From positions 5,400 through 69,399 of the forward strand of contig JAKASR010000019.1 of the NCBI GenBank assembly GCA_021818955.1: DNA of 64,000 bases, given 5' to 3'. Numbering within the stretch: position 1 is the first letter of the stretch; the number at the start of each line of letters is the position of its first letter. Under the pieces are notes generated by a model. The model had not been told where the DNA came from and did not search any database. It saw only the letters and a program-made list of their open reading frames with translations. The stretch comes from Acidobacteriota bacterium (GTDB taxonomy: Bacteria > Acidobacteriota > Terriglobia > Terriglobales > SCQP01). Shown here piece by piece: positions 10,356-19,732 of the stretch. Made by a program: the position numbers and the translations under genes.

Positions 10356-11924
10356 TTACCTGCCTCCGCCGGCGCTCAGGTTCAGTTGTTTTGAGGCGAT
10401 CACTTGTCCGCCGCGCTGCGCGGTAATCGTCACCTGCCAGTTCCCCTCCGCGGGAAGTTCGCCTCGCCCGCGGTAAATCCCGCCGCCCTGGTCGCTCAGG
10501 GCCACCAGCACGCGTTGCGCCGGCATGCCCATCGCCGGCATCGCCGCCATGAAAAACACCGCCTGCACCTGCGCGGCGTTAATCTCATGTCCCTGGGCGT
10601 CGGTAAGTTTGACCTGAAAGGTGTTGGCGCCTTTCTGCGGCGGTGAAGGCTGGCTGCTGAATGTGATCCGGGGTTGCGCCGCGCCGGACGGCCCGCCCGG
10701 CGGCGGCGGCGGCGGCAGAAACGACCCCATCGCCGCCTGCAGTTGGCTTTCCGAATCGATCAGGAAATTGGCCGAGGTGACGATGCGCTCGCCCTGCCGC
10801 AGCCCCTGCAACACGATGAAATCGTTGCCCGCCTGCGGCCCCACCACCACCGGCTGCGGCTGTAGATAACCGTTCCCGCGGTCTAAAAACGCCAACGATT
10901 GCGTGCCGGTTTGAAAAATCGCATTCGTCGGGACCACCAGTTGCCGCCCCAGGGGAATGTGCAAATCGACATTCACGAACATGCCCGGCCGCAATAACAA
11001 GCCGGCGTTGGCGAACACCAGCCGCACCCGTGCCGTGCGCGTGCTCATATTCACATTGGGATAAATAAAATTCACCCGCCCGGCAAACCTGCGGCCGGGG
11101 TAGGAATCCACCGTCAGCGTCGCCCGTTCGCCGGCTCGCACCTGGCCGAGATCGTTTTGATAGACCTGCGCATCCACCCAGACGGTGGAAAAATCGGCAA
11201 TCGTGTAAAGCCGGGTCGAAGGTTGCACGTACTGGTTCGGCAGCGCATTGCGTTCGGTGATGAAGCCGGTGGCGGGAGACTCGACCACCAGATACTGGCG
11301 GGCCTGGCCCGTGCGCTGCAGCCGCGCAATCTCGCCCGCCGGCAAATCCCATTGCCGCAGCCGTTCCAGCGTGGCGTTCACCAGCGATTTCGCCCCCGCC
11401 GCCACGCCTTCGACCGGGCTGCGGGCCAGCAGTTTTTGGTTTTGCAATGCCAGCAGGTATTCGCGCTCGGTGGTCAGCAAATCCGGACTGTAAATGGTGA
11501 AAAGCGGCTGCCCGCGCTTCACATGCTGGTAAGCGGCGTTGACATAAACCCGCTGGATCCAGCCGGAAAATCGGGTTTGAACATAGGCCTGCTTTTGCTC
11601 GTCCTCGGTAACGTTGCCGAACACGCGCAGATCGTCATGCACCCATTGCCGCTGCACCTTGCCGATCTCGACCCCGATGCGTTGCCGCCGCTGCGGCGAA
11701 AGCTGGATCGGCGCCAGCGCCGGTTGCGCCGCCGCCGGAGCGCTCATGCCGGGCATGTTGGCCATCGCCGCTGCCGGCGCGGCGGAAGCGGCGGCGGCGG
11801 TTGCCGGCGGCGTTGCCCCGCCCGGCGCGTTGGACTGCCGGCGCCACCACCACCAGCCGATTGCGCCCAGCAGCGCCAGGTTCAGCGCCAGCGCAATATA
11901 AAATGCCGCTCGATACGGTTTCAT
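10356..11924 (-). CDS. cusB: CusB-like RND periplasmic adaptor with a C-terminal YtkA/FixH-like domain
   Basis: N-terminal TM, Met-rich linker, V..GQPLFTIYSPDL...EYL, RTARVR...LRPGM, ERIVTSANFLIDSESQL; start placed at MKPYR. Confidence 0.92.
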   Translation of the reverse strand: MKPYRAAFYIALALNLALLGAIGWWWWRRQSNAPGGATPPATAAAASAAPAAAMANMPGMSAPAAAQPALAPIQLSPQRRQRIGVEIGKVQRQWVHDDLRVFGNVTEDEQKQAYVQTRFSGWIQRVYVNAAYQHVKRGQPLFTIYSPDLLTTEREYLLALQNQKLLARSPVEGVAAGAKSLVNATLERLRQWDLPAGEIARLQRTGQARQYLVVESPATGFITERNALPNQYVQPSTRLYTIADFSTVWVDAQVYQNDLGQVRAGERATLTVDSYPGRRFAGRVNFIYPNVNMSTRTARVRLVFANAGLLLRPGMFVNVDLHIPLGRQLVVPTNAIFQTGTQSLAFLDRGNGYLQPQPVVVGPQAGNDFIVLQGLRQGERIVTSANFLIDSESQLQAAMGSFLPPPPPPGGPSGAAQPRITFSSQPSPPQKGANTFQVKLTDAQGHEINAAQVQAVFFMAAMPAMGMPAQRVLVALSDQGGGIYRGRGELPAEGNWQVTITAQRGGQVIASKQLNLSAGGGR

Positions 11925-12018
11925 AATTCCGCTCCTGTCTGCATGCAATAAAACCATCGATAAAGACCCGGATCATTAAGGCGGAAAAAGGCTAATAGCG
12001 AGGCGCATAGCCCGTAGG

Positions 12019-12178
12019 GCGGGGCCGCCGGGTAATTTCTCGGAAATTGCCAAAAGAAATGCCGCGCGGCGGCCGCGGTGCAGATGGCCTTACAGCAGGC
12101 TCGCCGGGCATCCGCCAGCAAAACCGAAGCGATTGCGCCTGGAAGGCTCGAAGCCATGCTCGGTTGGTCGCCTCGCCT
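12019..12178 (+). repeat. 160-bp interspersed repeat, family A, copy 2
   Basis: Homologous to 6160-6319; lies between cusC-like and cusB. Confidence 0.85.
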
Positions 12179-13506
12179 CATCGGGTTAACTCCACCCCCA
12201 CCAGCGGTTCCAGTCGCGCCAGGGCAATCTCGTAGTTGGCCTTTTGCCGGTCGTATTTCACTTGAAAATCCAGCAGGTTGATGAAGTTGTCGAGCATCGT
12301 CAGAAAATCCACCTTGCCGCTTTCGTAGGCCGTGATCGAGGCATTCAGGGTTTGCGTCGATTGCGGCACGATGGCCTGGGAATAAAGCACGGCCAGTTGC
12401 GCCGCTTGCCGCAGCGCCAGGTATTGTTGCTTCACCAGGTAATTCACCGTCGTCCCCCGGTTGCTTTGAAAATCCCGGTCGCTCGTCAGCATGCGGCTGG
12501 CGGCCAGCACCTCCTGGCGTTGTTTGGCGCGGTAGAAAATGGGGATATTCAGCGTGACGAAGGCGCCTTGCATGTTCATCGGCGCCGCGCTGCGCTGGTA
12601 CATATAGCTGACGCTGAAATCCGGGTCGTAGCTCTTGTGGGCCAGCGCCAGCGCGCTTTGATCGCGCGCGATCAATTGTTGTTCCCGCTCGAGGCCGGTG
12701 TCGTGCGCCCGCGCCAGTTGATAAAGCTGGTGGAGGGTATAGGGCAAAGTTTTCATTGCCGGCGGCGCCGGCGCCCCCAGCGGAGTCTCCGGCGAGCGGT
12801 TCAACAAGGTGTTGATTCGCGCCGCCGCCGTGCGCTGTTCTTGCCGCAAGATCGTGACCCGCTCCAGCAGTTGCGACAGCTCCACTTGGCCTTTGAGCAC
12901 GTCCTCTTGCAGCCCTTGCCCCGATTCATAGCGGGTTTCGGCGATTTGCGTCAGCCGTTGCAATAAGGCGCGCGTGTTTTCGACAATCCGCAGCGCCTGG
13001 TAAAAATAGGCGTATTGGTAATAAGCCGTTTTGACATCCGCCCTCACCCGCCGTCGCGCCGCCTGGTAATCCCATCCGGCGGCGCGGCTGGTGTGCTCCG
13101 CCACCTGGCCTTGCAGCTTCAGCTTGCCGGGAAAGGGGAAGCGCTGCGTCGCGGTGATTTGGCGGTAGCTGGTCGCGGCATTGTCCTCCAGCGCGAAGGG
13201 CAAAGGCTTGCCCATCCAGCCGAGCGATACGGTCGGGTCGGGCAAGGCTTCGCTGGGACGCACGCGGGCGCGCAACGCCGCCGCTCGCCCGGCATAGGCC
13301 GCGATTTCCGGGTTTCTCGCCAGCGCCAGCCGCACCAGCGCCGCTAGCGATAGGGCGGGCGCCTGGGCGGTTGCCGCCGCCGGCTGTTTCAAGCGCGAGC
13401 CGGGCCGCGCCGCGAGCGGCTTCGCCCCGCCCGCTTGCCCTAGCGCTACTCCGGTGAATATCAGGCCCAATGCCGGCGTCAGCCGGCGCGCATGGTGTAA
13501 TTGCAT
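12178..13506 (-). CDS. TolC/CusC-family outer-membrane efflux protein
   Basis: LVRLALARNPEI, LPDP, QRFPFPGKLKL, AYESGKVDFLTMLD; first gene of the RND operon. Confidence 0.92.
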   Translation of the reverse strand: MQLHHARRLTPALGLIFTGVALGQAGGAKPLAARPGSRLKQPAAATAQAPALSLAALVRLALARNPEIAAYAGRAAALRARVRPSEALPDPTVSLGWMGKPLPFALEDNAATSYRQITATQRFPFPGKLKLQGQVAEHTSRAAGWDYQAARRRVRADVKTAYYQYAYFYQALRIVENTRALLQRLTQIAETRYESGQGLQEDVLKGQVELSQLLERVTILRQEQRTAAARINTLLNRSPETPLGAPAPPAMKTLPYTLHQLYQLARAHDTGLEREQQLIARDQSALALAHKSYDPDFSVSYMYQRSAAPMNMQGAFVTLNIPIFYRAKQRQEVLAASRMLTSDRDFQSNRGTTVNYLVKQQYLALRQAAQLAVLYSQAIVPQSTQTLNASITAYESGKVDFLTMLDNFINLLDFQVKYDRQKANYEIALARLEPLVGVELTR

Positions 13507-13531
13507 GGTCCATCTCCAGGAGTTTTCGCAT

Positions 13532-13597
13532 TGCGTCCGGCTTCGGCCGGACGTTTGCGAAAGCGTCAGCGCCTAAAAGTAAAAGCGGCCGAGCCGC
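13532..13597 (+). repeat. 66-bp structured repeat, family B, copy 1
   Basis: tgcgtccggcttcggccggacgtttgcgaaagcgtcagcgcctaaaagtaaaagcggccgagccgc; five same-length copies in the window. Confidence 0.92.
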
Positions 13598-13751
13598 CCA
13601 TCCGCGGTTAAAGGGGTGGCTTGATAAGTAGAGCGTCAGCGCCTGGCGGTAAATGCGGCCGAGCCGCCGCAAGGCGGGCTGCGGCAAGGCCAGATGCCGG
13701 TACTCGCCGGCGTTGCCAGCCGGCGATAGCGTCAGCGCTCGAGCGGGAAGA

Positions 13752-14156
13752 TCAGATTAAAAGCGGGGAAAACGAATGGCTTCCCGGAGATCGGTCCAGC
13801 GCGGTCAAGCGCTGGCTCCGGGGCGATGGATCTATAAAGACGGACGGGGTGGCGCTCGTCGCCCGGCCGGGCGGCGTGCTGGGTTGCAAGCTGGGCTGCA
13901 AGGGAGTGTGCGCCGCGGTCGTCAACCAGGCGCCAGAGCCGGTGCGAAGCTGGCAATAATTCAGGCAATTCCGCGACATCGGGGCCGAGGAACGCATCGG
14001 GGCCGATGTGCGCATCGGCGCTGGGCAGCAGCTCATCTTACCCCTGGCGCTCGAGGGGGAAGACAATGCCGCGAGGCAGCTCAAATTGGGAGCCAGCAGC
14101 GCCAGCAACACCGCCGCCGCCGCCAGGCTCGCCAGATTGCGTCTCGTGCCCTGCAT
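13752..14156 (-). CDS. Small secreted Cys/Met-rich protein upstream of the efflux operon (putative metal binding)
   Basis: Signal/TM segment followed by SCC..PM..PM..PM..C..YC; small Cys-rich genes commonly precede cusC-like genes. Confidence 0.55.
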   Translation of the reverse strand: MQGTRRNLASLAAAAVLLALLAPNLSCLAALSSPSSARGKMSCCPAPMRTSAPMRSSAPMSRNCLNYCQLRTGSGAWLTTAAHTPLQPSLQPSTPPGRATSATPSVFIDPSPRSQRLTALDRSPGSHSFSPLLI

Positions 14157-14263
14157 GAGTTTTATTGTACTGGGCTTTGCAAGCGTCATCATGCGCGCTT
14201 TGACCGCAATCAATTATAGTATCAGCCCCGCGGCTGCAGGGTAAGAAAGCGAGCTAAACCATA

Positions 14264-14543
14264 AGCGTTAACGGCCGCGTCGGACAGCAGTTTCGTCCTT
14301 GGCAATTTCGGAGAAATTGCCTCTAGTAATGCCCGCAGGCCGGTTTCGCGCGGGGTTCGTTAGGTCCCGCGCCTATTAACGACGATACAAAGCAATTCCG
14401 CAGGAATTGCATTAAGCAAGCTGGCAATTCCGCAGGAATTGCGCCCGGCAATGCCCGGCAGCCATGAGTATTCGCCCTGCGTCCGGTTTCGGCCGGACCC
14501 TTGCGAAAGCATCAGCGCCTAAAAGTAAAAGCGGCCGAACCGC
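14264..14543 (+). repeat. 280-bp composite direct repeat (contains family B copy 2 at 14478-14543)
   Basis: Aligns end to end with 14932-15211; contains palindromes ggcaatttc-gga-gaaattgcc and gcaattcc-gca-ggaattgc x2. Confidence 0.92.
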
Positions 14544-14629
14544 GCCGGGTTAAGTCGGCCACAAACCGGCCAGCGGCTCGCGGCAGCCGAGCACATGCAA
14601 AAATGCGCTAATCACGCATGGGCGGTCAC

Positions 14630-14857
14630 CTAGGCTGTGTGGGCGTATCGCTCCGGATTCTGGCGGAATTTTTTCTGGCAGCCGGGGCTGCAGAAATAAA
14701 TGGTGCGCCCGGCATGTTCCAGATGGCCTGTTGCGGCAGCGGCGGGAATGCGCATGCCGCAGACCGGATCGAGCGTGGTTTTCGGTTCCGGCGCCGGTTT
14801 CTGAGTGGGTGCTTCGCGTTTTTTAAAGCCAAACATTGTCTCGCCCTCTTCGCCCAC
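14630..14857 (-). CDS. YHS-domain protein (alternative start 14836)
   Basis: DPVCGM...HAGRTIYFCSPGC.KKF..NPERY, the canonical YHS signature. Confidence 0.9.
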   Translation of the reverse strand: MGEEGETMFGFKKREAPTQKPAPEPKTTLDPVCGMRIPAAAATGHLEHAGRTIYFCSPGCQKKFRQNPERYAHTA

Positions 14858-14931
14858 TCTACTTGAAGCGGCCCGGTTTCGGCCGTGACCGTAATCACGG
14901 CATCGGGCACGCTGGTCTGATGGGTACCTGT

Positions 14932-15211
14932 AGCGTTAACGGCCGAGTCGGACAGCAGTTTTTGTCATTGGCAATTTCGGTGAAATTGCCTGAAGCCATG
15001 CACGCAGGCCGAAGCGCGGGGTTCCAGTTAGGTCTAGCGCCTGGGAACGACAAAACAAAGCAATTCCGCAGGAATTGCATCAGGCAAGCCGGCAATTCCG
15101 CGGGAATTGCGCTCGACAATGCCCGGCAGCCATGAGTATTCGCCATGCGTCCGGTTTCGGCCGGACCCTTGCGAAAGCGTCAGCGCCTAAAAGTAAAAGC
15201 GGCCGAGCCGC
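14932..15211 (+). repeat. 280-bp composite direct repeat (contains family B copy 3 at 15146-15211)
   Basis: Second copy of 14264-14543; abuts the stop codon of the radical SAM gene. Confidence 0.92.
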
Positions 15212-16758
15212 TAATTCTGAACGAAACTGTCGCTTGTGAGCGCTGGCGTGCTCGCGGCCGGGGCATTCAGGAATGGCAGCGGTTTTGCCCTGAACAGCCG
15301 TAGGCAGGGCCGCGCCAGGTATGTGGCCCAACGCGCCGAACTTTGCAGCCGGGCGCTGTCGGTTGCAATCCCGGTATTGGCGTACATCTGCCGATATAGT
15401 TTCGAGATCAAGACGAACGCCATCCGGCCGCGCAGCGAGCGCACGCAAGCGGAACGTTTCCAGATGGCCTGGAAACTATAAAAGCGGTCCCATATTTCCT
15501 GCGTGCGGGCGCGAATCTCGTCGGCGCTCATGGCGGGATGCGGGACATAAACCTTGGGGCGGAGCGCCTGGGGGATCAACCAATGGCGTGTCAGCGGGAA
15601 ACCTGCGATCCGGGTGGGGTCGTCCTTCATCTTCTGTTCCCAATGGTTGAAATCCACCGTTCCGGGAAACGGCGTCAACATCAAAAATTGGGCGAAGGTG
15701 ACGCCGGCGCGTTTCGCCAGATCAAGGGTTGCGGCAAATGTCTGCGCGCGGTCGCTCGGCAAGCCGAAGATAAATGAGCCCAGCACGTGCAGGTCGTGCG
15801 CGCGAAAGGCGCGCAAACACCGCACCAAATCTTCTCCGGATGAATTGAATCCTTTGTAGACGTCCTTCAGGCCTTCGGGCGTAACCGATTCTATGCCGAC
15901 CAGGGCGCCTTTAATGTGCGCGCGCCGCATGGCTTCGAGAAATTCTGTGTCGTTGGCCGCTTCCATCGTGATCTGGGTGAAGAAAACGGTATCGGCGGGC
16001 AACTGCGCCAGGCGCGCCATCAGATCGAATCGTTCCGCCCGGATCGTCTCCAGTTCCGAGATGCGCTGGGCGTCATTTTGGCGGTAAGCCAGCCGCAGGT
16101 CTTCGAGCGATACCGGATAAAAATTGTCGTCCGCAAGCGCGATGAAACGAAAGCCGCGGCGCCGCAATTCGACAATTTCCTCCACCACGGGGGTGACATC
16201 CCGCTGTCGTGGACGTTGGCCATCCGTGCGCCACACCGAGCAAAACGAGCAGTGCTTGGGGCAGCCGCGCACCGTCTGCACCGACGCCCACATGTATCTT
16301 GCCGCGGGCAGCAGGTCCCAGCGCGCCGGCAGGAAGCGCGTGGCTTCGATCCTGCCGCCTTCATAAAGCGGCATTAAGCGGCCTGCGGTGTGATCGCGCA
16401 GCGCCTGGGGCCACGCCAGATCGCCATCGCCGCGAACCACCGCATGGCCGCCGCCCAAATCCCGCGCCTCTTGCGGGTATAAGCTTGCATGGATGCCGCC
16501 GAAAATCACCTGTGCGCCGCGTGCCCGGAGCTGCCGCCCCAACTCGTAGCCGCGCAGGGCATTCCCGGTGTGAATTCCTATTCCCACCACATCCCCCGCC
16601 TTAACGCTCTCCAAAGGCAACGGCTGCAAGGTTTCATCCGTGATTTGGGGGTCGCCATATTCCTGCGGGGTCGCCGCCGCGATGACATAAAGCCAACGCG
16701 GGGTGATGACGCCGATGCCGAAGGATACGTGGCTGGGGTTGACGATATGGATTTGCAT
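15211..16758 (-). CDS. B12-binding-domain radical SAM protein
   Basis: RGCPKHCSFC (CxxxCxxC), VIFGGIHASLYP, ADDNF, VGIES, GSFIFG; start placed at MQIHIV. Confidence 0.9.
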   Translation of the reverse strand: MQIHIVNPSHVSFGIGVITPRWLYVIAAATPQEYGDPQITDETLQPLPLESVKAGDVVGIGIHTGNALRGYELGRQLRARGAQVIFGGIHASLYPQEARDLGGGHAVVRGDGDLAWPQALRDHTAGRLMPLYEGGRIEATRFLPARWDLLPAARYMWASVQTVRGCPKHCSFCSVWRTDGQRPRQRDVTPVVEEIVELRRRGFRFIALADDNFYPVSLEDLRLAYRQNDAQRISELETIRAERFDLMARLAQLPADTVFFTQITMEAANDTEFLEAMRRAHIKGALVGIESVTPEGLKDVYKGFNSSGEDLVRCLRAFRAHDLHVLGSFIFGLPSDRAQTFAATLDLAKRAGVTFAQFLMLTPFPGTVDFNHWEQKMKDDPTRIAGFPLTRHWLIPQALRPKVYVPHPAMSADEIRARTQEIWDRFYSFQAIWKRSACVRSLRGRMAFVLISKLYRQMYANTGIATDSARLQSSARWATYLARPCLRLFRAKPLPFLNAPAASTPALTSDSFVQN

Positions 16759-16846
16759 AAATTGAATCGGCTTTGAATTTTCAAGCAACCCAGCGGGGCG
16801 CGGCGCTCACGGGGTTAGATTAGGGCCGAATGATGGCAGGATGTCC

Positions 16847-16890
16847 AAGCAATTCCGCGGGAATTGCATCAAGCAAGCCGGCAATTCCGC
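16847..16890 (+). repeat. Partial copy of the 280-bp repeat (gcaattcc palindrome module)
   Basis: aagcaattccgcgggaattgcatcaagcaagccggcaattccgc matches the internal part of the 280-bp repeats. Confidence 0.75.
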
Positions 16891-16949
16891 CGTCCGCCGT
16901 CGCGTACGGTGCCACGGCTGAAATCGCAAGCGTCGCTGGCAATCTGCGC

Positions 16950-18902
16950 TCAGTTCGCACGGGCCAGGTGGGCGAGGAAAACCAGGCAAAGCTGGGCGTC
17001 GCGAAACAGGCTGAAGGCGAGCCGCAGCGGAGGTATCTGAAACCAGCGCCGCTGCGTCCACCGCTGCCTGACCGTGTGCCAGAAGCAGTCCAGGTCGGCG
17101 CGGGTGAGCACTTTGTCCGAAGCCAGCGAGGGGTAATACCTGGTCCACAACAGGAAAAGCTTCGAAGGCACGCGCAGCGACGGGAAATACGCCTTGGCTT
17201 GCCTGTAGGCGAGTTGCAAATCGGCCAATTTGAGCCGCCCGTAGGTGGCCGCGCGGATTTTGCACAGTTCTTCGATCACTCGCTGCTCGGCTTCGCCTCG
17301 CGGCCGGGTCTGCAGCCACAGCTCTTCCATTTCGAAGAGCAGGCGAAACATGCTCGTGAGATGCGCGCGAATCTCGCGCGCCCGCGATACGGCATATTGC
17401 CGGCGGCTCGGGATGGCATATCCCGGCCGGCGGTTCTTGCGGCCCTTCAGCCGGAAAAAGCCGCACATCATCGGATGCCGCCCTTCCGTCGCGATGGCGT
17501 TCTTGTACCACATGAACCGCAGCAAATTGTTCCAGTAATCTTTCCGCGGGCAGCGCTGCAGGATCGCCTTCATGTTCTCGAAACTGTAGAACGCCCGCCA
17601 GGCTTCGCGATAAAGGGCTTCCCAATCGCCGCCTTTCAGGTGGACGTGGGCCGTTACCGGGTGATGGGAATCGTAGCGGTTGAAGTCCGGGTGCATCCAT
17701 TCCCCGCGGCGCGACATCGTCAGGTGGTCCTGCGAGCCGGGCAGCGGCATGAGCATAAAAAACGACGCATGGTCCGGGCGCACCTCGCCCATCAGCTGCG
17801 CCAGATCGCGGCGGACCGATTCCGCCGTGTCCTGGGGGAAGCCGATGATATAGCCGACGTGCGTCGAAATCTCCGCCTCGCGGTAGGCTTCGATCAATTG
17901 CGGGTATTCCTGCACGTGGTTTTGCCTTTTGCCCGCGGCCTTTAAGTTCTCGGCGTTTAAGCTCTCCATCCCGATGAACACGCTCGAGCACCCCGCCCGG
18001 CGCGCCTTGGCGATGAAGTTCGGAATCTTCCAGGAAAGTACATCCACCTGCATCATGAACTTCACCGGAATTTGCTCCTCCTCCCGCAGCCGGATGAGGG
18101 CGTCAAAAATAATTTCCCAGCTTCGGTTCCGCGCAAAATTATCGTCGGTGAAGAAATAGAACGTGATGCGGTGGGCTTGATAGTTGTGCCGGATCGTCTC
18201 CGCAATGTACTCCGCGGAACGGAAGCGCATCTTGCGGCCCTGAACATTGATGATCGTGCAGAAGCTGCACTCGAAAGGGCAGCCCCGCCCGCAATCCAGC
18301 GTGCCGAAATTGGACGCGATGAATTTGCGCAAGTAGTCCTTGCGTATTACCGGCAGCGGTTTATCGGATAAGTCCGGCTTGTGGTTGGTGTAATCGTACA
18401 GGGGCTTCAGGCGGCCGTTCATGGCATCGCTCAGCAGATCGCCCCAGGTTTCTTCCACTTCGCCCTTCACGATCGTTACCCCGTCATCCATGAGTTGTTG
18501 GATGTCCGGCGGTATGTCCGGCAGCAGCGCCAGATAGCCGCTCACATGAAAGCCGCCAATCATCACGGTCAACCCCGCGCGGCGAAATGTCCGGGCCAGA
18601 TCGGCGGCGCGCGGAAACTGATTGGTTTGAACGCCCACCAGGCAGACGATCGTCTTGCTCTGGCCCCCGCGCTCGGAACGGCAGATGCGTTGCACCGGAA
18701 TGCGGTCCACCGTCTCGTCGAGCACGTGGGTTGCGATCCGCACGGATTCCCCTAGCCGCTTTTGCGCCGCCACGTCTTCCGTCAGGCCCGCCAGGCAGGC
18801 TAACGTGTTGCTCGGCAGAACGCCGCGCCAGTGCCGTACTACATAGCCATCGTCGTCATATTGTGTCGGCTTGATCAGATAAAGGTTCAGCTTTTTTAGC
18901 AT
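16950..18902 (-). CDS. B12-binding-domain radical SAM protein (IKPxxYDDDGY N-terminal family)
   Basis: RGCPFECSFC, MIGGFHVSG, FTDDNF, VFIGMES, GYIIGFP. Confidence 0.9.
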   Translation of the reverse strand: MLKKLNLYLIKPTQYDDDGYVVRHWRGVLPSNTLACLAGLTEDVAAQKRLGESVRIATHVLDETVDRIPVQRICRSERGGQSKTIVCLVGVQTNQFPRAADLARTFRRAGLTVMIGGFHVSGYLALLPDIPPDIQQLMDDGVTIVKGEVEETWGDLLSDAMNGRLKPLYDYTNHKPDLSDKPLPVIRKDYLRKFIASNFGTLDCGRGCPFECSFCTIINVQGRKMRFRSAEYIAETIRHNYQAHRITFYFFTDDNFARNRSWEIIFDALIRLREEEQIPVKFMMQVDVLSWKIPNFIAKARRAGCSSVFIGMESLNAENLKAAGKRQNHVQEYPQLIEAYREAEISTHVGYIIGFPQDTAESVRRDLAQLMGEVRPDHASFFMLMPLPGSQDHLTMSRRGEWMHPDFNRYDSHHPVTAHVHLKGGDWEALYREAWRAFYSFENMKAILQRCPRKDYWNNLLRFMWYKNAIATEGRHPMMCGFFRLKGRKNRRPGYAIPSRRQYAVSRAREIRAHLTSMFRLLFEMEELWLQTRPRGEAEQRVIEELCKIRAATYGRLKLADLQLAYRQAKAYFPSLRVPSKLFLLWTRYYPSLASDKVLTRADLDCFWHTVRQRWTQRRWFQIPPLRLAFSLFRDAQLCLVFLAHLARAN

Positions 18903-18946
18903 GCCCCCGGCTCCTTCCAGGCTGGCGGCGCCTTGAGTATTCGCCC

Positions 18947-19012
18947 TGCGTCCGGTTTCGGCCGGACCTTTGTGAAAGCGTCAGCGCCTAAAAATAAAAG
19001 CGGCCGAGCCGC
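18947..19012 (+). repeat. 66-bp structured repeat, family B, copy 4
   Basis: Same length as copies 1-3; also shares the upstream tgagtattcgccc with copy 2 (copy 3 has tgagtattcgcca). Confidence 0.9.
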
Positions 19013-19453
19013 CGCTTTCCTGTTTTTCATTGCCTCAATCGCTTGTTTCTCACGCCATGCGCATGGGGCCGCGCCCGGAAGATGAATCCGACAATATTTC
19101 GAGGACGGCCGGTTTTTGCCCTTAGAGCCGCGAAGACATCTTCATCGTTGCCCTTGAGTCATCTTAACCGGAATTTCCATGATCGCGCCGGCCCGGCCGC
19201 CGGCATCAACCGGGCCGCCCCGGAACGTCATTAGCCGAACCGCCCGCGTCGAGCCCTAGTTATCGAACCCTGGTTATCGTCATGGGCAATATGGGCAATT
19301 CGCGAATAATGTTTTGAAACGAAATCCTTCACCGGGTCGTCAGTATTACAGTTTTGCGCCCCGGCTAAGGTGGTTGCGGCGGTCGTGACCTCGCAAAACG
19401 GAAATGCACGGGGCTTGGCATCGCGCTTATTTCAGGATGAATGCTGAACGCCT

Positions 19454-19642
19454 ATGGCCGTGAAACGGCTGCTGCTTGCCGCGGCGATGGGACTAATGAT
19501 TATCTTCGCCTCGGGAGCCTTTTTGGTTTTGCTGATCGCGATCACGGCGCGCCCGCGGCCGCTGACCATTTTCTCCAGCGTCGCCGTATTGGCCGCCAGC
19601 GCATGGTTCTTGCGCGCTCTCGCCCGCTGGTATGGCCGCTAG
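19454..19642 (+). CDS. Small two-TM membrane protein
   Basis: 62 aa, two hydrophobic segments. Confidence 0.5.
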   Translation: MAVKRLLLAAAMGLMIIFASGAFLVLLIAITARPRPLTIFSSVAVLAASAWFLRALARWYGR

Positions 19643-19732
19643 AAGCGCGCCGCAAAGTAATAGCGGCCGAGCCGCTCTTGTAGGGCTTCAGAGCGGGCAT
19701 ATATAATTAAGGTTCTCTGAGGTAAGCCTCGC

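Noticed and set aside
938-10426. Long antisense or alternative-frame ORFs (938-2914, 3647-5056, 4771-6045, 7316-8839, 9038-10426 and similar)
   Set aside because: They shadow well-recognised genes in GC-rich DNA and have no family motifs
14264-15211. Integron attC cassette array
   Set aside because: A GTTAGGT is present but there is no matching RYYYAAC at a proper position and no intI in the window
15211-18902. Naming the radical SAMs hpnP/hpnR/hpnJ
   Set aside because: N-termini do not match what I recall for those enzymes; needs an HMM search
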